From: Phycisphaeraceae bacterium
GTDB lineage: Bacteria > Planctomycetota > Phycisphaerae > Phycisphaerales > Phycisphaeraceae
Assembly: GCA_965230275.1 (NCBI GenBank)
Contig: CBDDKO010000002.1
Coordinates: forward strand, 1,541,294-1,605,293
Direction of reading: 5' to 3'
DNA: 64,000 bases
The notes beneath the pieces were generated by a model. That model did not search any database. It was given only the letters and a program-made list of their open reading frames with translations, and was not told where the DNA came from. This document shows, in pieces, positions 26,055 through 35,072 of the stretch (position 1 is its first letter; each line of letters starts with the position of its first letter). Position numbers and translations under genes: made by a program.

Positions 26055-26458
26055 AAACCTTGATAACCTATTTATGTATTTTAGTAGCAGTGGCCTGTCT
26101 TAATTCATGTAGCGATGCTTCCGAATCTGAGGTTCAAGTACAAAGCGAACAACTAATAATTGAATTGAATAATGTGCCGGAAGAGTGGAAGATTCTTGTG
26201 CTTGATGCAATTGATGGGCTGTCTCTAGCAAATGAAACTCGCTATAGCATCATTGTAGAAAAAAACGAGGATTGGCATTTTCTGGGACATATAGAGTTTA
26301 ACCTGTATGAGGATGGACCGGATATGGTACATCGGATTGATACATATCGATTGACCAGAACAGGGAAATTATATGTGATGAATCTGTTTGCAGATGATTT
26401 AGACGATGTGTGGCGCCCTATTCAGGTCTGTAGTGGCCCAGCAGATTGTGAGCCATAA
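26051..26458 (+). CDS. Putative immunity lipoprotein for the RHS C-terminal toxin
   Basis: The ATG overlaps the toxin stop (ATGA at 26051-26054). MKTLITYLCILVAVACLNSCSD is a signal peptide with a lipobox (LNSC). The small AT-rich gene directly after a polymorphic toxin tip is the usual immunity position. Confidence 0.6.
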   Translation: MKTLITYLCILVAVACLNSCSDASESEVQVQSEQLIIELNNVPEEWKILVLDAIDGLSLANETRYSIIVEKNEDWHFLGHIEFNLYEDGPDMVHRIDTYRLTRTGKLYVMNLFADDLDDVWRPIQVCSGPADCEP

Positions 26459-26501
26459 AATGGCATTAATTCGAGCTGATCACGGGCGTGGAAGCGTTGC
26501 T

Positions 26502-27895
26502 TGTCTCTGGTCGGAGTGTCCAACATTGTAGAGCAGGACAGGAAGGACTCGAATAAGCCTAAAGATGATGCACGATAGCATAGCCAGAACGATGGCGACA
26601 ATACGGAAGGCCGTTCAACCATGGCAGACATCAAATCCACAACGTAGGGTTTAATGAGCCAGCTTCGTTGAACAATCAACGGAGATGATTCATTCGGTTC
26701 TTTGACAAGTGCAGAGCAGTCTCGATTAAGCGGCGCGGCGGTAGTGCTTTAACAGGCCCCCTAGCGATTTGGTGCAGACGACTTGGCCAAGCGGAGGGCT
26801 GTTAGCACCCGTAAGCCGTAGGGGGAATTCGCCGGGGAAGGTTAGCACTCGGTTGCCTTTGGACTGATGCGGCCGGTGCTCGTTGTAGTACCCCACGAAC
26901 GTCTGCACGATGTGATCCATGTGCTTCAAGCTGAAACACACGAACCAGCGGAGGCATTCCTTCTTGAGCGTGGCGATCCACGATTCGGCATACGCGTTGG
27001 CGTTGGGCGCCATGATTGGCGTCTTAATGACATGAACGCCGACAGACTCGAAGACCGTGTTGAAGGCGATGGGGAACTTGGCATCCCGGTCGTGGATCAG
27101 GTGGGCGAATTCCAAGCCGTTCTCTAGAAGCCACATCTGAGCGTTGCGGGCCTGCTGCTGAGCCCATGTGGTATCGGGATGATACGTCGCCGGCGACACG
27201 AACACCTTGCGGCTGCCCAGGTGGATGAACGCCAGGCAATAAGCGGTCTTCTTTCCAAAAGGGTGTCCATATCGTCTTGCAGAAGTAATCACACGCCACC
27301 AGCGTGTTGAGATGCATCCTAAGGAAGACCTGCCAAGAAGAGTCACGGTCAACGAGCCTTCGGCCTTTACCGGGTTCGGGATAATGACCATGGCGGCGCA
27401 AGATCGCATGGATCGTGGATTTACTGACGGGGCTCCCGAGTTTGATCAACTCACCAGCAATCCGGCGTGTGCCCCAAAACCGGTTATCCCTGGCCATGCG
27501 TAGGATCAGTCGGATGATCTCCGGGGCGATGCTTCGCCTGCGGCCGACCCGCCCCACCGCCCTGCCCTGGGCCTGCTCCTTGACCCAGCGTCGATAAGTT
27601 TTGAATTGCACGATGCTGATGATGCTCTTGACCTGATGATCCAGCTCCGAACCGATCTTTAATAGCAAGGCGCGCTCTTCGGGCGAACAGATCACACGAC
27701 TCTTCAACCGCGACTTGAGGATCGCATTCTCCGCCCGAAGGAAGCGGATGTGGGCATCACGACGGGCGGCAAACGACTCGCAGATCAACCAAACCAATGC
27801 ATAGAACGGTTGCAACATCCTCGCCCTCCCCTACTCGTAAGTGCTGTATTGGCCGGAGTCCGACAATACTGGACACCCCCGGAGCCCCGGAGACA
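26502..27895 (-). mobile_element. IS481-like (rve DDE) insertion sequence with imperfect terminal inverted repeats
   Basis: Left end is TGTCTCTGGTCGGAGTGTCCAACATTGTAGAGC (26502-26534). The reverse complement of the right end (27858-27895) is TGTCTCCGGGGCTCCGGGGGTGTCCAGTATTGTCGGAC. Both share a TGTCTC terminus and the GTGTCCA..ATTGT core. The repeats enclose the transposase reading frames. No clear target-site duplication was seen. Confidence 0.6.
26726..27818 (-). pseudogene. IS481/IS3-superfamily transposase (HTH + rve integrase core), disrupted by a 1-nt frameshift
   Basis: Two overlapping ORFs (27024..27818 and 26726..27409). The first ends its homology at ...LVACDYFCKTIWTPF. The second continues GKKTAYCLAFIHLGSRKVF...HLIHDRDAKF...NAYAESWIATLKKECL...YYNEHRPHQSKG (DDE/rve signature). 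Removing one base from the A4 run at 27257-27260 joins them in frame. Confidence 0.8.
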
Positions 27896-28111
27896 CCCTC
27901 GCAACGGCAACATTCTACCGCAGCGGCGTCACGATCTATGCAAGACATGGTCAGAGTGAAGAGTGACCCAAGAAGTGACCAATATCTGTGGCTCAAAATC
28001 GCCAACCAGAGACAACAACAGCAAATATCCGAGACTGCTCTAACACCCCACGACAACAAGGTTTAGAAGGCAATTCATTGCCTAGCAATAAGTTGTGGAT
28101 TTCGCCCCGAG

Positions 28112-28130
28112 CGAATCCCTCCCTCTCCGC
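28112..28130 (+). repeat. 19-bp direct repeat copy 2 (CGAATCCCTCCCTCTCCGC), tRNA 3'-end-like; putative att site at right island edge
   Basis: Exact match to 24507-24525. High-GC core sequence starts directly to its right. Confidence 0.6.
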
Positions 28131-28212
28131 CTCACCTGTGATGAAGCTGTCGACCTGATCCGGGCTCGTTATCGTTACCTAGATGGGCATCTAATTCTGG
28201 ATCGTGATCACT

Positions 28213-31200
28213 TCACGCCCGTACGGCGCCTCGGGGGATGGTTACATCGATGCGTTCGATTGCGCCGGTGCGATCAAACACGAGTTTGGAGATGTCCTGC
28301 GGGAGGGTGTCGCCGGCGACCTGTTGGGATTGGCCGTCTCGGCCCGTCACCGTGATCTGCATCTCACCGAGACCGAGGTGGTAGACCACGGGCGTCTGGC
28401 AGATCGTGAACGCGACGGTCTCTTCGGGCAGTTGGATGCTCCTGGTTTCACCGTCGACGGCGTAGTAATTGAACGCGGCCTCGAACTTGAGGAACTCATC
28501 GCTCGGGATCAGGGTTGGTGTGAAGCGCAGCTTGCCGTCGCTGACGATCATGCCCAGCTCGGCGTGGCGTGTGAGGACCTCTTCCTTGACCTGGCCGGTC
28601 ATGCCGGGCTGACGCGCGCCGGAGTGGCCGGGTGTGTGGGAGTACGGGTCGGTCGGGAATGCGCCGTACTGCTCGGGCGTCTTGTTGAAGCCCAGCCCGT
28701 GACGGACACGGTGGTAGGCATCCGCCAGCCGGCCGACCAACTCGTCGGATTCTCCATTATGAATCGCCTGCAGGTAGCACTCGTGTGTGGCGAGCAGCAG
28801 CTTGGCGACCATGTGCCAGTAGATACAGCCGAGGCCTTCGTAGCCGTACATCCCGCCGGACCGGCCGGTGAACAGCTTGTGCTTGAAGACGCTCTCATAG
28901 AGGTCGCGCACCGACTGGGCGTCCTGCTGAACAAACTGCTGCATGCCGGGCTCGCCGGCGATCGTGTCGAGCGCCTCGTTGAGTTGCTGGACCGTGCTGA
29001 GTTTGCTGGCGAAGCGGTACCGGCCCTCGGCGTCCTGGTAGATGATGCGTTCGTCGCCGGATTCGAGCAGCTTCTTGAGCAGCGCCGATGCCTGGACCTG
29101 ATCGGCGGGCGGATTGTTCTTGGTGAGGAACCCGGGTAGCTCGCGGTTGGGGTACAGCATGTAGCTGTCCTGGTCGGGCCGATAGATCGCGCTGTCGTGC
29201 ATGGCATCGAGTACCTGCAGCGCCTGCTCGGCAGATAGGACGCCGCTACTCAGGACGGCGACCTGACCCTCGAGCATCTCATAGAGATAGCGCACCGCAA
29301 CGCTGTCCTGATTCGGCGAGAGCTCCATTAGGTTGTAGGCGTGGTACATCCCGTCTTCGCGTCGGTTGGCCTGGATACTGTGATCGACATGGCCGAGCGC
29401 CTGGTCGATCAGCTGATCGATCCGCTCACACGCAACAGTGGTTTTGCCGGAGAGCCCCTGCTTGTATAGACCGTCACGGTACTTGCCGAACGCCGATCCC
29501 AAGCCGTCGAGCATGCGCTTGCGGTCTGCATCGCTGACGCGCCCGTCGGCGCTAGGCGGTTGCTGATCACTGAGCGCGGCAAGGACGCCTTCGAGCCACT
29601 GCGCCACCTCTTCGGTGATCTGCAGATCGTCGCCGGGGACCGAGGCGAACAGCGACTTGCAGAACGCTAGGTATCGGCGGAGGTAGCAGAGGGTGACGAC
29701 GGACAGGCCGTTGCCGACCAGGGCGTTGTTCGCGTCGTTCCACTCGGGGCGCTGGGTGTTCAGCCAGATGCCGCCCTCAAGCACGAGGTTGCTGAGCTTG
29801 GCCAGCGCGGGGACTAATAGTTTCTCGGCCAGGCTGACGTGCACGATGTTGCCCTCGGCGTCGGTCAGGAGCCGGCCGTCGGCGCCAATCGCCGCGACGC
29901 GCTTGCCGACTTCACGTTCGCGGGCGTGATCGAAGTCGATCGTTTCGTAAGGATTCGCCAGCAGCTTGTCGTAGGGCTTGATGGTGTACGGCACATCGGC
30001 GTAGCTGAATATCTCGCGGGTCATCATTGCGCCGAGTTCATCGGGGTAGTAGCCGTGCAGCGCTTCGAGCAGGCGGAGCAGGTAGACGATCTGGTGATCG
30101 CCCCAGTAGCCGATGTTGCTGAACGGGTCGTGTTCCTCGACGAGTTCCCAGTCGATGCCGTCGGAGGTAATACGGTAAGGGTTGTAGCCGTCGGCGGTCG
30201 AGGCGTTGACGAACTTGGCGATGATGCTGGACAAGAACCCCGGGAAGCTCAGGCACAGGGCCTCCCAGTTCTGGAAGATGTCGCGCCAGTTGCCCTGGTA
30301 GGCGAGTTTGCGGTTGCCGTGCTCGTCCTTGAGGCGGATATCGAAGTGGTTCCATGGCCGGCTCGGGTCGCCGTGGCGCCGGCTGAAGTACAGCGGCAGG
30401 TATTCGTAGCACAGGCGGACCAGGTCCGCGTCTTGTGTTTCCGAGGCGTGTTCGAGGACGCTGCAGATCGTGGTGACGTCGTCGAGCTTCTTAAAGAAGT
30501 CTCCATGACGATCGGCGATCGGCTTGTTGCGTGATGTGATGAAGTGAGCCAGGTCGTCGCGCGCGATGTTGTAATGATCGTTGAAGACGCCGCCGCGCAT
30601 GTTGTTGAACAGGACGTTGGCGAAGTGGTGAGCGGACATCATCTGCGAGCCGGTGGTCTGCAGGCCGTCGGCGCTGGCGACGTTCTCACGGAGGTTGGCG
30701 TTGGCCTTTCTGCAATCCTGCTCGACGGCCGCGATCAGGTCTTGGCCCTGCCGGATCGAACGACGCAGCCCTGCGATACGCTTCTGGTCCTGAGCCACGT
30801 CGGCGACGATGTACCAGTGCCGCTGCCGGCCGGGCTCGACCGACAGGCTGGCGCGCAAGAGGTAGGCGGACTTTCGGCCCTTCAGAAGCTGCTGCTCCGG
30901 AATCTCGGCCCGGCGACGGAAAGCGTCCACATGCTCGGGTCTTAAGCTGACGCGCGGCGAATCCAGGCCCTGTGACCAGATGCTTGTGGCATACATGGTT
31001 TCGCCGGGCTCGGGTTTGTCGACGATCATCGAGCTGAGCATGTAGACCCCCAGCCCGGTCTCGGGATCGATCTCGCTGTGTTTGTAGGCGTCGGCCAGGC
31101 AGTGGCGCATCTGATGAGTCATCGCGGTGATGCCGTAGGGCAGCGGGTTGAGTAGGCCGTCCATCAGTCGGACCGACATGTCGGCGTCCCCGGCATTCGC

Positions 31201-31698
31201 AAGCGTGGCGCGTCGGACGAAGCCGAAAACTTCGCTGAAGCACCAGCGGTAGCGGAAAGTCAGGTCCAGGTCCTGATTGATCTCTTCGAAGATGACCGCG
31301 TTACCCAGTTCGCTCTTATATAGATGCCGGCGGATGTTGTAGTGATCGGAGGCGGATTGTGTGAACGGCTCCCACAATGTCTCGGTCCCATCGGGCAGGC
31401 TGATCCACAGCACGGTGCGTGGGCCGTTGATGCCGTGGGTCTGGTAGAGCTTGTCTTCACAGTCGTAGGGAAACAGCGCGAGGTCGGGGTTCGCCCGGCC
31501 TGTGGTCAGGCCGCCGGAGCTGGCGACGTACATCCAATGGTCCGAGTCGCTGACGATACTCATCAGGAACGGATCGAGGCGGTCGTAGTCGCGGATGGCG
31601 TAATAGGATTCGCCTTCGATGCGGGTGAATCCGCCGGTGGGCTTGATCGTCGGATCGTCTTGCATCATGGGGAACATCGTCTTCGCTTCGCCGAGCAT
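28213..31698 (-). CDS. Large (alpha/alpha)6-barrel glycoside phosphorylase/hydrolase-like protein (GH94 / GH149 / GH161-like; putative beta-glucan phosphorylase)
   Basis: 1161-aa ORF. NWRDIFQNWEAL resembles the (G/N)-x-RD-x2-Q motif and TQRPEWNDANNALVGNG resembles the (D/E)WND catalytic-loop motif of GH94-type phosphorylases. Its size fits GH149/GH161 beta-1,3-glucan phosphorylases. The context is GH16 laminarinase-type genes and LacI regulators. Family assignment is not verified. Confidence 0.5.
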   Translation of the reverse strand: MLGEAKTMFPMMQDDPTIKPTGGFTRIEGESYYAIRDYDRLDPFLMSIVSDSDHWMYVASSGGLTTGRANPDLALFPYDCEDKLYQTHGINGPRTVLWISLPDGTETLWEPFTQSASDHYNIRRHLYKSELGNAVIFEEINQDLDLTFRYRWCFSEVFGFVRRATLANAGDADMSVRLMDGLLNPLPYGITAMTHQMRHCLADAYKHSEIDPETGLGVYMLSSMIVDKPEPGETMYATSIWSQGLDSPRVSLRPEHVDAFRRRAEIPEQQLLKGRKSAYLLRASLSVEPGRQRHWYIVADVAQDQKRIAGLRRSIRQGQDLIAAVEQDCRKANANLRENVASADGLQTTGSQMMSAHHFANVLFNNMRGGVFNDHYNIARDDLAHFITSRNKPIADRHGDFFKKLDDVTTICSVLEHASETQDADLVRLCYEYLPLYFSRRHGDPSRPWNHFDIRLKDEHGNRKLAYQGNWRDIFQNWEALCLSFPGFLSSIIAKFVNASTADGYNPYRITSDGIDWELVEEHDPFSNIGYWGDHQIVYLLRLLEALHGYYPDELGAMMTREIFSYADVPYTIKPYDKLLANPYETIDFDHAREREVGKRVAAIGADGRLLTDAEGNIVHVSLAEKLLVPALAKLSNLVLEGGIWLNTQRPEWNDANNALVGNGLSVVTLCYLRRYLAFCKSLFASVPGDDLQITEEVAQWLEGVLAALSDQQPPSADGRVSDADRKRMLDGLGSAFGKYRDGLYKQGLSGKTTVACERIDQLIDQALGHVDHSIQANRREDGMYHAYNLMELSPNQDSVAVRYLYEMLEGQVAVLSSGVLSAEQALQVLDAMHDSAIYRPDQDSYMLYPNRELPGFLTKNNPPADQVQASALLKKLLESGDERIIYQDAEGRYRFASKLSTVQQLNEALDTIAGEPGMQQFVQQDAQSVRDLYESVFKHKLFTGRSGGMYGYEGLGCIYWHMVAKLLLATHECYLQAIHNGESDELVGRLADAYHRVRHGLGFNKTPEQYGAFPTDPYSHTPGHSGARQPGMTGQVKEEVLTRHAELGMIVSDGKLRFTPTLIPSDEFLKFEAAFNYYAVDGETRSIQLPEETVAFTICQTPVVYHLGLGEMQITVTGRDGQSQQVAGDTLPQDISKLVFDRTGAIERIDVTIPRGAVRA

Positions 31699-32138
31699 GG
31701 GTTGGTCCTTCGAGCGTGTGTTCGCGTGGTTATGTCATGCAGTTCGTGTGGGCTGGATCGAGCGGGTCGGCGTGATGGCGAGACCTTGCCGTACGCGCGG
31801 CATGGTGTTGAGGTACCGCTGCCACAGCCACCGATTCGTTTTTGCGTAACAGTTTCTTTTACTGAATCACATTTTCCTATATTTAGAACAGAAAGTCAAC
31901 GCAATATGTGTAACAGACAAAGTGAATCTATCGCGATATACATCTCTCTATGAATTGCTTCATATATATGTTAAATATGTGTTTATTAAATATTAGCCTT
32001 GTTCCCCAAGGAGCCGTCCTCCACTATTCATTCACACTAGGGGTCATAAACGGTGGGTCTGATACTGATTTGCGATAACCTGATGCTAAATTTGCACTGG
32101 GTATTGATAAAGTGTTTCTTGGTATGTACCATACCGGT

Positions 32139-33200
32139 ATGGCAAGCATCCGCAACGTCGCAAAAGAAGCTGGCGTCTCGATCGCCACCGTGTCACGCGT
32201 ACTCAACAGCCACGCCTCTGTCGGGGAAGACATCCGCAAGCGTGTGCTGCATGCGGCCAACCGGCTGGGGTACATTTCCAATGTCGGGAAGCGCGCCACG
32301 ACCTACCTCGCGTTCGCCTACACGGGACCGACCTCGCTTAGTTCGCCATACGACGCCATGCTGCTGGAGGGAATCAGCCAGGCGATGGATGAGACAGACT
32401 TTGATCTGGCGATCCTCAGCCCTCAACGCGACAAGAAGTCCAACGAATCCTACTCGCAGTTTTTCATGCGCAAGGGCGTTCGTGGCGCGATCCTCCGGAC
32501 CACCACCGGGACACGCGGCATCTGCCAATCGATCGCGGATGAGGGCTTCCCTTCTATCGTGGTCGGCGGCCGGCCCGCACAGACCAACATGAACTACGCC
32601 TACGGCGACTCGCTGCCCACAAGCCGGCAAGCCATCGAGCACCTGATCTCGCTGGGTCACCGACGCATCGGTATCGCGATGGGGCTCGTGGAAGATGCGG
32701 ACCACATGGACCGTCTGGAAGGCTACCGGCAGGCCATCACGTCACACGGTATCGAACTCGACCCAAAGCTGATCTACCGTGTCCCGCCGTCCCGGCCGGA
32801 CGGGGCGCAATTGATCAAGCGACTTATGAGCGCAGCCGAGCCCCCCACCGCTTTGTTCATCACCGATCCTGACGTCGTGGTCGGCGCGATCAACCAGGCG
32901 CACCGCCTGGGCATCCGTGTCCCGCAGGATCTGTCGATCATCGGGTTCGACGACGGCGGCAGCCCTCAGGACGCATACCCGCAGCTGACCGCTGTGTGTC
33001 AGGACGCGCTACAGATCGGGTACGAGGCATCAGCGGCACTGAAACATCTGATCGATCAAGGCCCCGCCGACGCTGAGCCGATCCGCATCGCGATGCCGAC
33101 GTGGCTGGAGATCCACGATACAACCGGGCCGCCGCCCAACGAGCCTTTCCGCGTGCTCCCGGACGGTTCCAGGGTCCAGCTCGCCGACACGGTGTCGTAG
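32139..33200 (+). CDS. LacI-family transcriptional regulator
   Basis: MASIRNVAKEAGVSIATVSRVLN is the canonical LacI HTH, followed by a periplasmic-binding-protein-like sugar-binding core (IIGFDD...). Start chosen at the internal ATG 32139 of ORF 32112..33200. Confidence 0.9.
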   Translation: MASIRNVAKEAGVSIATVSRVLNSHASVGEDIRKRVLHAANRLGYISNVGKRATTYLAFAYTGPTSLSSPYDAMLLEGISQAMDETDFDLAILSPQRDKKSNESYSQFFMRKGVRGAILRTTTGTRGICQSIADEGFPSIVVGGRPAQTNMNYAYGDSLPTSRQAIEHLISLGHRRIGIAMGLVEDADHMDRLEGYRQAITSHGIELDPKLIYRVPPSRPDGAQLIKRLMSAAEPPTALFITDPDVVVGAINQAHRLGIRVPQDLSIIGFDDGGSPQDAYPQLTAVCQDALQIGYEASAALKHLIDQGPADAEPIRIAMPTWLEIHDTTGPPPNEPFRVLPDGSRVQLADTVS

Positions 33201-33247
33201 CATCCCGTTCCATCGGTACAATACACCCACCGCCCCATCCAGCCTCT

Positions 33248-34645
33248 ATGGAGACCGTGATGCCGCACCAATCCCCGACTCATGACGCATCCCCCCTATC
33301 GCTATGCCGGTCGTTTTGGCTCGTCGTGATCGCGTGCCTTTGTATGCTTGCGCCAAGCGGGAGGCTGCTCGCTCAGACCGAGGCCCTGGGCCAAGCTACC
33401 GACGCAACGAGCGGTGCTCTTGAGCAGACCGACCGGGAACAAGGATCTGTGGTTGAAGTCGTCAAGCGAGACGGGCGCTGGCAGTTGCTGCGCAACGGCG
33501 AGCCGTACTTCATCAAGGGTGCCGGCGGGACGGGGCACCTCGATAAGCTTGCAGCGTGCGGCGGCAACTCAGTGAGGACATGGGACACGGCTCAAACGGA
33601 CGAGGTCCTGGACAAAGCGCACGCCTTGGGGCTGACGGTCACGGTCGGCTTCTGGCTGGGGCACGAGCGCCACGGCTTTGATTATTCGGATCAAGCCGCG
33701 GTGGCGAAGCAACTCGAGCACATCAAACAATACGTCCGGCAGCACAAGGACCACCCGGCGGTACTGATGTGGGCCCTTGGCAATGAGATGGAGGCGGATG
33801 GCCAGAACGCGCTTATCTGGCAGGCGATTAATGAGGCGGCGGAGGCGGTGAAAGAAATCGACCCGAACCACCCGACCACCACGGTGATCGCGGAGATCGG
33901 CAAGCCGAAGATCGAAAACCTGAAGCAGTACTGCCCGGCGATCGACATCCTGGGTGTGAACAGCTACGGCGGCTTGCCGAGTCTTGCTGAGCGCCTCCGA
34001 GAAGAGGGGCTGGATCGGCCGTACGTGTTGACCGAGTTCGGGCCGCTTGGCCAATGGGAAATGGAACTCACCGAATGGGGTGTGCCTAAGGAGCAGACAA
34101 GCAGCGAGAAAGCGGCCTGGTGCGCGAAAGGCTATGAAGGCACGATCGCGAAAGATAAGCGCGCTTGCCTGGGCGGGTACGTATTTAACTGGGGCTCGAA
34201 ACAGGAAGTGACACCGACGTGGTTCAGCTTGTTTATCAAGGACACGCACGAGACCACGGAGATGGTAGACGTGATGGAGAAGTTCTGGACGGGCGAGTGG
34301 CCGACGAACCGGGCGCCCTCGATCGAGCCGATCCAACTCACGGCAGCCGACCCGACACAGATCAAGCCCGGCAAGCAATACAAAGCGACCGTGCAGGCGG
34401 CCGATCCGGATGATGATGATTTGAAGTACGAATGGATCGTGCAGTCCGAGACCACCGACCGACGCCAGGGCGGCGACTTCGAGCAGACGCCCCCGACACA
34501 CCCGGAACTGGTCATCGTCAATGACGGCCGAACCGTGACCTTCCAGGCCCCGGAAAAGGCGGGCCCCTACCGGCTGTTTGTGTACATCCGGGACGGCCAA
34601 GGTCACGCGGCGACGGCTAACCTGACATTCCGGGTCGTGCCCTGA
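33248..34645 (+). CDS. Secreted clan GH-A (TIM-barrel, GH2/GH5-like) glycoside hydrolase with C-terminal Ig-like domain
   Basis: Start at ATG 33248 (METVMPHQ...). It has a signal peptide (LVVIACLCMLAPSGRLLAQ), MWALGNEME as the acid/base NE motif and YVLTEFGP as the nucleophile E motif. The C-terminal ~100 aa form a beta-rich domain. The exact GH family is not determined. Confidence 0.7.
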   Translation: METVMPHQSPTHDASPLSLCRSFWLVVIACLCMLAPSGRLLAQTEALGQATDATSGALEQTDREQGSVVEVVKRDGRWQLLRNGEPYFIKGAGGTGHLDKLAACGGNSVRTWDTAQTDEVLDKAHALGLTVTVGFWLGHERHGFDYSDQAAVAKQLEHIKQYVRQHKDHPAVLMWALGNEMEADGQNALIWQAINEAAEAVKEIDPNHPTTTVIAEIGKPKIENLKQYCPAIDILGVNSYGGLPSLAERLREEGLDRPYVLTEFGPLGQWEMELTEWGVPKEQTSSEKAAWCAKGYEGTIAKDKRACLGGYVFNWGSKQEVTPTWFSLFIKDTHETTEMVDVMEKFWTGEWPTNRAPSIEPIQLTAADPTQIKPGKQYKATVQAADPDDDDLKYEWIVQSETTDRRQGGDFEQTPPTHPELVIVNDGRTVTFQAPEKAGPYRLFVYIRDGQGHAATANLTFRVVP

Positions 34646-35072
34646 CCCAGATTCCCCAGAGCACCAAAATTCACCCGAAACGATACCCTTCACAGCCGGG
34701 TTACATTTGTTTCTCGTCAGCCCGATCCGCTAAATCCGCGGATTGGACGCTCGTCAAGTCAACCAATTAAACCGCAAGCGCAAGACAATCAGCAACTTGC
34801 GCGGTTGTTTCTCGGCCCGCCCGGCCATGTAACAGATGAAACAGGTGCCGGAGGTCTGGTTACATCATGGCGGCATGTGAGAAACATATAAGCAGGTATT
34901 AGGGTCGACTTTTGATCTAATCTGTGATCCTGGGGCAGGCGGATAAACACTGTTTTTTCGCGAACATTCGCCCTTTTTTATTGACGACGCCTTGGGCGGG
35001 GGGTAATTTAGTAATCATGTGGAACGAGATGTAACTGATTCATCTATCCACGCACACTTGGCAGGGAAAAGC

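Larger units (their letters stand above)
8340..28130. mobile_element. Low-GC mosaic genomic island (integrative element remnants, defence and toxin cargo); boundaries approximate
   Basis: Sampled 60-nt lines are about 40-50% G+C here against about 60-68% in the flanks (by eye). Contents are an XRE regulator, an excisionase-like gene, a tyrosine integrase, a large serine recombinase, dcm/vsr, an RHS toxin fragment and an IS element. The right edge coincides with a 19-bp tRNA-3'-end-like direct repeat (28112-28130). The left edge is next to a transposase remnant. Confidence 0.65.

Noticed and set aside
26726-27818. Programmed -1 ribosomal frameshifting (IS3-style OrfA/OrfB) in the transposase.
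   Set aside because: The frames are related by a single extra base in a 4-nt homopolymer, and no A-AAA-AAG-type slippery heptamer or downstream structure was seen. The domain order fits single-ORF IS481-like transposases, so it is treated as a frameshift mutation or sequencing error.
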